Below are positions 39,149-44,420 of a stretch of DNA of 44,420 nucleotides, in pieces. The position numbers were made by a program, and so were the translations under genes. The stretch covers positions 1-44,420 of IMG/VR virus record IMGVR_UViG_3300045988_035600, one strand, 5' to 3'. The DNA is from a virus. The notes below the pieces were generated by a model. It saw nothing but the letters and a program-made list of their open reading frames with translations, was not told the origin of the DNA and did not search any database. Within the stretch, counting starts at the first letter, position 1; each line of letters starts with the position of its first letter.

Positions 39149-39454
39149 CTAACGTTGATTCTGCGCAAGATAATTTGTAAGTTTCTGTTTTGTTTTTTTT
39201 AATTCTTCTACATTATTCCCACTAATCTGACTATCCAACATGGTTGATAGCACTTCCAAAATCAATGAATCACGTTCCGCGATCCTCTGAAGACTCTCAA
39301 AGTCACGCTTATCATGTTCTTCCAGTGTCTCAACTCGTTTGTTGAGTCGAAATGCCGGAGTAATCCACTTAAAGATTACGGCTGCCGCGCCTCCGACAAT
39401 GGATATCCCTCCGCAGATAGAGAGGAAGATCTGTACAAATTCTGATATGCTCAT
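39149..39454 (-). CDS. N-terminally anchored membrane protein with a coiled-coil
   Basis: TM FVQIFLSICGGISIVGGAAAVIF, then a charged helical region. SD aaaggagtagctaaATG. Confidence 0.7.
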   Translation of the reverse strand: MSISEFVQIFLSICGGISIVGGAAAVIFKWITPAFRLNKRVETLEEHDKRDFESLQRIAERDSLILEVLSTMLDSQISGNNVEELKKTKQKLTNYLAQNQR

Positions 39455-39458
39455 TTAG

Positions 39459-39842
39459 CTACTCCTTTTCCCAGTAGTATACCGGGATTTCATTACCACT
39501 ATCCCATGTATCGTAATATTTGCCATTCTGTACCGTCACTACGTGTCCATCTATACAGAGAATGTATGTGCCTGTCGGATGGTCTGTGCAAAAGTCGTTG
39601 ACTGTATAGATATATCGTTCTGATTGTTCAATCAGCTTGCGTCTGTACCCACGTTTATAGAGGTACGCTCCCCAGACATAATTTGCACTTGGCATATCTG
39701 ACAAAGCGCACGCCTGTACCATTAATCCGGCGAATACTGTTTCCCAGTCGAAACCGGTTGCCTTGCATATTGCCCGGACAACGCAATCTCCTGTTCTCTT
39801 ATCCTTAACGGGATTCGGATTATAATATTCCCATCTATCCAT
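39459..39842 (-). CDS. Putative papain-like cysteine peptidase-fold protein
   Basis: NPNP...RTGDCVVRAI (Cys20) ... ILCIDGHVVTV (His100) ... YYDTWDS. ATGA-coupled to the minor capsid gene. Confidence 0.45.
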   Translation of the reverse strand: MDRWEYYNPNPVKDKRTGDCVVRAICKATGFDWETVFAGLMVQACALSDMPSANYVWGAYLYKRGYRRKLIEQSERYIYTVNDFCTDHPTGTYILCIDGHVVTVQNGKYYDTWDSGNEIPVYYWEKE

Positions 39843-41071
39843 CAGTCAATCCCCTTTGCTGTTTTATATCTCTTTGCCGCTCCTCTGGCTTTTGCGGCGT
39901 TCCGACGATTCCACTTAGCGATCATGAGCCGGTCTTGCAGCTCTCTTAGATCATTGTCTTTGCAGTAAGCCTTGTATGCAGCATTTTGTTTCTGCAAAAG
40001 ATAAGACTTCCGGTCAAGGTCTTGTTGTAATGCGAATTTTGTCTGTTCGTCCTTGCAGTTATCAACCGCCGCTTGCATTCCAAGGACTTCTCGCTTCGTT
40101 TTACGGATTCTTCGTTCATAAGTACGTTGTCGTTGTTCCTTTTCGTACTGTTTGCCTTTGTTGGCTTTATCCTGTGCTGATAGTTCTGCATAGGGGTTAA
40201 ATTCCCCGTCACTTGCCCCAAAACTATGCCGGCAGTTGACCCCTGACAGTCCACTCGCCGTTCCATATCCGGTCAATGAGAACGGCGGAAATTTCTTACT
40301 CTTGCCAGAGCGAGAGTATATCTTGCCTTGCCACCATGCGTGATTTCCCGGATTCTCGCCGCCGTCACCTGTTCTGGCTCCCATGTGAGCACTGACCAGA
40401 ACTAAATCCCAGCCCATTTCTTCCATGCGTTTGAGGGATATATCTCCAGTAGCCTGAGCCACGCCAGTTCTGACAGAACGTGCGACTGCTGTTTCGATCG
40501 TGTCTTTTCTGCCAGATGGATATGTGACCGTAACGCCATCACTCACAACGTTATTAACTGCCTCTTTGATGGCTTGCGTATACCCAACCGCCCCAGTCAT
40601 TACATGATTATAGGCAAGGTCGCATTGCTCAATATAGAGCCTCTGAGCGGCACTTGCAGTTGTTCTTGTGAAGTTCTTCCACTCTCCCATAGTCGCAAGC
40701 ATATTTCGCTCCATGAGTCTTATCATAGCTGGTGACTGTTCGAGCGGTACAGGGCTTAATCCTGCCGCCTTATATACCTTATCATCATAGTTCATTGCAG
40801 TGATTCCTGCATCTTCAAACGCTTCAAGAAGTTCCTGCTGTTCACGTTTGGTATATTTGGATAATTCTGCCAGAATGTCCTCTAGCAGTTCACCGGATTC
40901 CTGCAGTGTTCTGATCCTCCACGCATCGGCATTGGTCAGAATATAATCCTCACCTCTGCCAATTCTTGCCATCATTCTCGACACAATCTCAGAGATGATG
41001 TACTGATGCAGTTCTTCTACTATCTGTTCACTGCCCTCTGTAATTTGCCGTAAATATTCTGGGCTTAACAT
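39842..41071 (-). CDS. Minor capsid / head morphogenesis protein (Phage_min_cap2 / MuF-like)
   Basis: 409 aa directly after the portal gene. ...VSAHMGARTGDGGENPGNHAWWQGKIYS... Basic coiled-coil C-terminus. Confidence 0.75.
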   Translation of the reverse strand: MLSPEYLRQITEGSEQIVEELHQYIISEIVSRMMARIGRGEDYILTNADAWRIRTLQESGELLEDILAELSKYTKREQQELLEAFEDAGITAMNYDDKVYKAAGLSPVPLEQSPAMIRLMERNMLATMGEWKNFTRTTASAAQRLYIEQCDLAYNHVMTGAVGYTQAIKEAVNNVVSDGVTVTYPSGRKDTIETAVARSVRTGVAQATGDISLKRMEEMGWDLVLVSAHMGARTGDGGENPGNHAWWQGKIYSRSGKSKKFPPFSLTGYGTASGLSGVNCRHSFGASDGEFNPYAELSAQDKANKGKQYEKEQRQRTYERRIRKTKREVLGMQAAVDNCKDEQTKFALQQDLDRKSYLLQKQNAAYKAYCKDNDLRELQDRLMIAKWNRRNAAKARGAAKRYKTAKGID

Positions 41072-41073
41072 AA

Positions 41074-42519
41074 CTATTCATCTCCAAACAATTTTGGTTC
41101 GTCTGGCTGAGCTTCTTTGACCATTGCTTTCGCTTCGGATTCTGTCATATTTTCGAATTTGACATAATACATCCAAGGAGGACAGTCACCCTGTAAGCGA
41201 TACTTCCACCAATTGTCTCGGTCTCTCTCATAAGAATATGCCATTTCGCCAAAGTTGCACTGAACTTTATATGCACCGACTGGGGCCAATCCATATAAAT
41301 CTGCATATACGCTCAACGCATATACTACTTGTTTTATGCTTTTGTCTAATTGGTCTCTTACGTCCTTGATAAATTGTACAGACCTCTGTTGCCCTGCTTC
41401 TACCTCTGTGGCTGTTTGTATTCCGCTTTTTTCATTAAATACAAAATATCCATTAGAGAATCCGACCTTATATCCAATCTGTCCAAGGAGGGCATTTATG
41501 CCGCTTATACGGGTATCTGTGTTGAGTATCGGATTTATTTCCTGATAAAACTCTTTTTCATCTTGTCCGAATACATTCTTGACAAAATGCGGTAAGCTCA
41601 TCTCATTACGTCTGTTCTCCATGCCCTGTGGCGACATGGCTGATACAGGTGCACCGCTTGGCATCAGCAGTCTATCATCTGCCAGAACAATCTTCTGAGA
41701 ATCAAAAATCTCTCCGACGTTTCTGCTGTATGCAATATCGAGGTCTTTTAACTCTTCGATAGCTTCGGCAAATATTGGCAAACCCAATGGTGCGTTAATA
41801 TCCACGTTATTTGCCTGTGGTGTCCGTAGAACTCCGTACAGAGGTCCGTCCAGCTTCTCGCCGTTTGCCTTGAGTATCGGCGGCGTATCTACCATTAGGT
41901 CAGCCCATTTGGTCTGTTTAAGGTCAATCTTGTCTCCGATCGACTGAGGGGATTTTGATACATAGGCTCTGTTTGAAACATAGTACGGATAAGTTGTCAC
42001 ACCATCTATTGTAGTCTCAGCAAAACGATGATATTCAAGCCGTGTATAATATTTCCTTTCAACCGTATAAGAGTCCTTGAATATAATCCCTTTGATTTTC
42101 TGATTATCATAATCCACAATCATCACATCTGCCGGAGTAAATACGTCAAGACTCTCGCCGTTTGGTTTGATAAATACTGTTCCGTAAGCACAGCCGTATT
42201 CTACCCAGTGACGGATCTGGAAATACACCTTGTCAATCTGCTCCTGCAACCATGCTGCCCTTGCAGAGCCGTCAATCTGAATGCCGATCGCCAATGTTGC
42301 AAGTCTGGCAGTCTCGGAGCAGACGGATTTAGCAAAATTAATCGTCTTGATGTTATTTTTATCATCTAACCAGTATGGAACGCCTCGATATATGTTTGCA
42401 CATTTATTAATCAACGATTCCATCTCTGGGAACTCTGCTGCCTGGATATTAAAATCCTCTTCGGCTTGTTTTTTGAAAATCATGTTAAACCACCTTTTTA
42501 GTGTTGTTATAAGTCCCAT
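41074..42519 (-). CDS. Portal protein (SPP1 gp6-like)
   Basis: 481 aa, in the position after terL. An alternative start MIFKKQ at 42483 has SD aaaggtggtttaacATG. Confidence 0.85.
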   Translation of the reverse strand: MGLITTLKRWFNMIFKKQAEEDFNIQAAEFPEMESLINKCANIYRGVPYWLDDKNNIKTINFAKSVCSETARLATLAIGIQIDGSARAAWLQEQIDKVYFQIRHWVEYGCAYGTVFIKPNGESLDVFTPADVMIVDYDNQKIKGIIFKDSYTVERKYYTRLEYHRFAETTIDGVTTYPYYVSNRAYVSKSPQSIGDKIDLKQTKWADLMVDTPPILKANGEKLDGPLYGVLRTPQANNVDINAPLGLPIFAEAIEELKDLDIAYSRNVGEIFDSQKIVLADDRLLMPSGAPVSAMSPQGMENRRNEMSLPHFVKNVFGQDEKEFYQEINPILNTDTRISGINALLGQIGYKVGFSNGYFVFNEKSGIQTATEVEAGQQRSVQFIKDVRDQLDKSIKQVVYALSVYADLYGLAPVGAYKVQCNFGEMAYSYERDRDNWWKYRLQGDCPPWMYYVKFENMTESEAKAMVKEAQPDEPKLFGDE

Positions 42520-42524
42520 TTAAT

Positions 42525-42683
42525 CTACCTTTTAAAATCCATCCATCTTACAGAAGTATCTCGCACAATAATGTCTTCATATTCTACAACTTTTAAGATT
42601 TCGTTAATGTCAGATGATCCATATATTTTTAAACCGATGCTTAAGAATTTATTTATTTTATCTGAAAAGTACCTATCTAACAT
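42525..42683 (-). CDS. Hypothetical small protein (52 aa, hand-called) between terL and the portal gene
   Basis: TAAAATG coupling to the terL stop. MLDRYFSDKINKFLSIGLKIYGSSDINEILKVVEYEDIIVRDTSVRWMDFKR fills the gap exactly. No clear SD. Confidence 0.35.
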   Translation of the reverse strand: MLDRYFSDKINKFLSIGLKIYGSSDINEILKVVEYEDIIVRDTSVRWMDFKR

Positions 42684-42684
42684 T

Positions 42685-43941
42685 TTATGCACTGTGCCCC
42701 CTTCTCATGGACAATGGACTGGTTGCGTATCTGAGAGAATCTATCCAGTGATCGTTGCCATCTGGATAATCTGCAATCACTTCTCCATTGCTATCTACTT
42801 CATGCTCATAATTGATAATTTCCTTGTATGCTCTAGGTGTTCGTGTCGGATCAATAACTAATGTTCGGCACTGTAACCACTCAAAAGTATATTTGCGGCT
42901 TCCCGGTGTAACAATGGCCCTACGCGCTGGAAGCCCTGCATCTCGGAAGTCAATAATGCTTTCTTCTTCATCAACTCCGCAAGATATTGAATAATCATCA
43001 TATCCCTTTTGTTTTATCTGGCCAGCCATTACTGTATTTCGGATTTTGCAACCGCCAAGCTCATCTAGTAGGATAACTTTGTCCTGATTAGGCACATAAG
43101 CCACACGAATAAATGCTTTCGGATCTGGATACCACCCCCAGTCCTGTCCCTGGTAGATACTTTGAAAGCTCTGAATCTCTTCATCTGTAATTTCTCGAAT
43201 TTCTAACAGTTCGAAAATATTTGTGCCAAGTCCAACAGGAAGGCCAAGATATTCATGGTCGTAAGCTCTCTGATTTGTCTTTCTCAAATGCTCCGCATCA
43301 TCAAGGAATTGTTGACCAAGCCATTCAACAGGAACTGATCTGTAATCGCTCTTATGCCTGTAGCTGTCGTCTCGTGGCTCTTCTACATACACATTCGCCC
43401 AGTTGCTCCGGCTAATTGGCGGATTGAATGTCTTAAATACAACAAACTTACTGCCACCTCGAAGAACTGACTGTTGCACTGTACGAATTTCTTCAATGCC
43501 CGAAAATTCGTCAAGTTCCTCGAACCAGAGATACTTGAAATATCCCTTGCTTGCTTTAATAGATTTAGTCTTTTTTGCCTTGTCCAGTCCTCTGAATATG
43601 ATTTTCTGTCCAGTAGGCTTATAAATGTACTGCATAGGGCTTACGCTGGTATCCCATAGTTCATTGACTCCGAGCGCGTCAATTCCCCATGCTATCTGTT
43701 CGTAAACGGATTCTCTAAGTGTGTTTCCAACTTTACGGAAAATAACGGTATTTGACATTATACCGTTCTCTGTGTCCTGCATCATCAGGAAAGGAATCAT
43801 GACACCCACAAAAGATGATTTAGTAGATCCACGCCCACCATACAAATCATAATAGGTGTGTTTTCCGTCCAAAATGTCCCAGAACACATTGTAAAAGGCA
43901 GGAGCTATAATTTCATTCAGATTAATCGGATTCTCATTCAT
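42685..43941 (-). CDS. terL: Terminase large subunit (PBSX/Terminase_3 type)
   Basis: Walker A YGGRGSTKSS, Walker B YLWFEELDE, nuclease half ...QGQDWGWYPDP... 418 aa. Confidence 0.9.
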   Translation of the reverse strand: MNENPINLNEIIAPAFYNVFWDILDGKHTYYDLYGGRGSTKSSFVGVMIPFLMMQDTENGIMSNTVIFRKVGNTLRESVYEQIAWGIDALGVNELWDTSVSPMQYIYKPTGQKIIFRGLDKAKKTKSIKASKGYFKYLWFEELDEFSGIEEIRTVQQSVLRGGSKFVVFKTFNPPISRSNWANVYVEEPRDDSYRHKSDYRSVPVEWLGQQFLDDAEHLRKTNQRAYDHEYLGLPVGLGTNIFELLEIREITDEEIQSFQSIYQGQDWGWYPDPKAFIRVAYVPNQDKVILLDELGGCKIRNTVMAGQIKQKGYDDYSISCGVDEEESIIDFRDAGLPARRAIVTPGSRKYTFEWLQCRTLVIDPTRTPRAYKEIINYEHEVDSNGEVIADYPDGNDHWIDSLRYATSPLSMRRGHSA

Positions 43942-43942
43942 T

Positions 43943-44401
43943 CTATTTCTCCGGCCTTGGAATATTATTTACAATCGTAATCTTTCCATCTCCAGAATCA
44001 TCATTTTTCTTGTCAGCATCCCATCCCTTAAAATTATTTCTCAAGCTGAACTGAGCGCCATTTGAACCGTCACGATCAAATAGCCTTTCCTCTGCGTACT
44101 GTTCCACTCTGGCTTTCGCGCGCGTAATCGTGTCAACAAACTCTGGTTTTGCTTGATAGTTTAAAAGAGCCTGTCTGCTTGTAAATCCAAGGGCCAGAGC
44201 AAGTCCTGTAACGGTCGGAGGGTGAACGTCTACGAAAACGGGAGATCCAAATTTATTAAACATTTGTTTTCCTTTGCTATCAGTTAAAGGATATCCTTTA
44301 CAATCCTTAAAATATTTTTCGATTTTTTTTTCAATTTCATCCACCGTTTTATACATGGGCGGTTTTCCCATTGGCATTCCCACATTCTCACCTCCAGACA
44401 T
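43943..44401 (-). CDS. terS: Terminase small subunit
   Basis: ...HPPTVTGLALALGFTSRQALLNYQ... is the HTH typical of Terminase_2-type TerS. An internal SD ggaggtgag suggests the true start may be the GTG at 44383 or the ATG at 44377. Confidence 0.8.
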   Translation of the reverse strand: MSGGENVGMPMGKPPMYKTVDEIEKKIEKYFKDCKGYPLTDSKGKQMFNKFGSPVFVDVHPPTVTGLALALGFTSRQALLNYQAKPEFVDTITRAKARVEQYAEERLFDRDGSNGAQFSLRNNFKGWDADKKNDDSGDGKITIVNNIPRPEK

Positions 44402-44420
44402 AAAAACGCCCTAGCATAGC
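44322..44420. repeat. Terminal direct repeat, copy 2 (identical to 1..99)
   Basis: Read directly. Confidence 0.9.

Noticed and set aside
7246-40266. Same-strand alternative-frame ORFs nested in larger genes: 7246..7431, 7560..7820, 19007..19225, 20031..20243, 20730..21080, 23625..23855, 27691..27984, 28242..28448, 29356..29628, 34302..34502, 36243..36497 and 39946..40266.
   Set aside because: They have no SD, are R/K/S-rich or otherwise implausible, and are embedded in genes with strong evidence. I could see nothing supporting overprinting.
1-44420. Genome-wide stop-codon reassignment (TGA or TAG recoding with a suppressor tRNA).
   Set aside because: TAA, TAG and TGA all terminate well-defined genes, often with ATGA or TAATG coupling to the next gene. 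The 700-1500-aa ORFs are uninterrupted in the standard code. The one clear tRNA has anticodon UGU, not a suppressor anticodon.
1-44420. CRISPR array, diversity-generating retroelement, transposase/IS element, homing endonuclease or intron.
   Set aside because: I found no regularly spaced repeat-spacer array. No reverse-transcriptase-like, transposase-like or HNH/LAGLIDADG-like ORF was recognised. The Ig-repeat similarity in the tail gene is domain duplication, not a TR/VR pair with A-specific mismatches.

Overview
Complete genome of a temperate siphovirus-type tailed phage. It is circularly closed: bases 1-99 are identical to 44322-44420, giving a unit length of 44,321 bp. The host is probably a Gram-positive Bacillota or Clostridia-like bacterium, inferred from strong AGGAGG-type SD sites, an NlpC/P60-SH3 lysin and the protein families present. 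Almost all genes are on the minus strand. The early arm runs from 12497 down to 170. It holds a BRO-N antirepressor, many small ORFs, an AAA_24/Sak4-like ATPase, a DUF669 SSB-like protein, an ERCC4 nuclease, a prim-pol/VirE primase with an adjacent iteron array, and a Lar-like protein. It reads across the circular junction into the late arm, 44401 down to 15934. That arm holds TerS, TerL, portal, minor capsid, GP20 scaffold, major capsid, connectors, major tail protein, chaperones, tape measure, a Dit-like protein, a 1520-aa tail protein fusing Ig/LRR adhesin modules to a Tal-type domain, a fibre and the lysin. A plus-strand lysogeny block (12633-15604) carries a CI-like repressor, a Zn-ribbon/TM/OB membrane protein and a tyrosine integrase, controlled by a three-operator divergent-promoter switch. 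The most interesting items are as follows. (1) A plus-strand operon of three small proteins (two strongly acidic) plus a mini-HTH, behind a consensus promoter with a palindromic operator (37868-38898), embedded in the late operon and organised like acr-aca. (2) A five-gene cargo island inside the head-completion genes (30289-32331): an HExxH protein, a holin-like protein, DUF4417, and two proteins sharing an MGGRGG(S/T)SG N-terminus. (3) A low-complexity island (35171-37790): a C1q/BclA-CTD-like protein, a Cys-tailed N/Q-rich membrane protein, and Q-rich and RG/Y-rich proteins, next to a tRNA and a 49-nt armless tRNA-like minihelix. (4) Paralogous stem-loop leaders upstream of the capsid and tail-tube genes. 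(5) Interrupted YopX and DUF551 genes, with homopolymer frameshifts and one in-frame TGA. Hand-derived coordinates may be off by 1-2 nt. All family names come from motif recognition by eye, not from searches.
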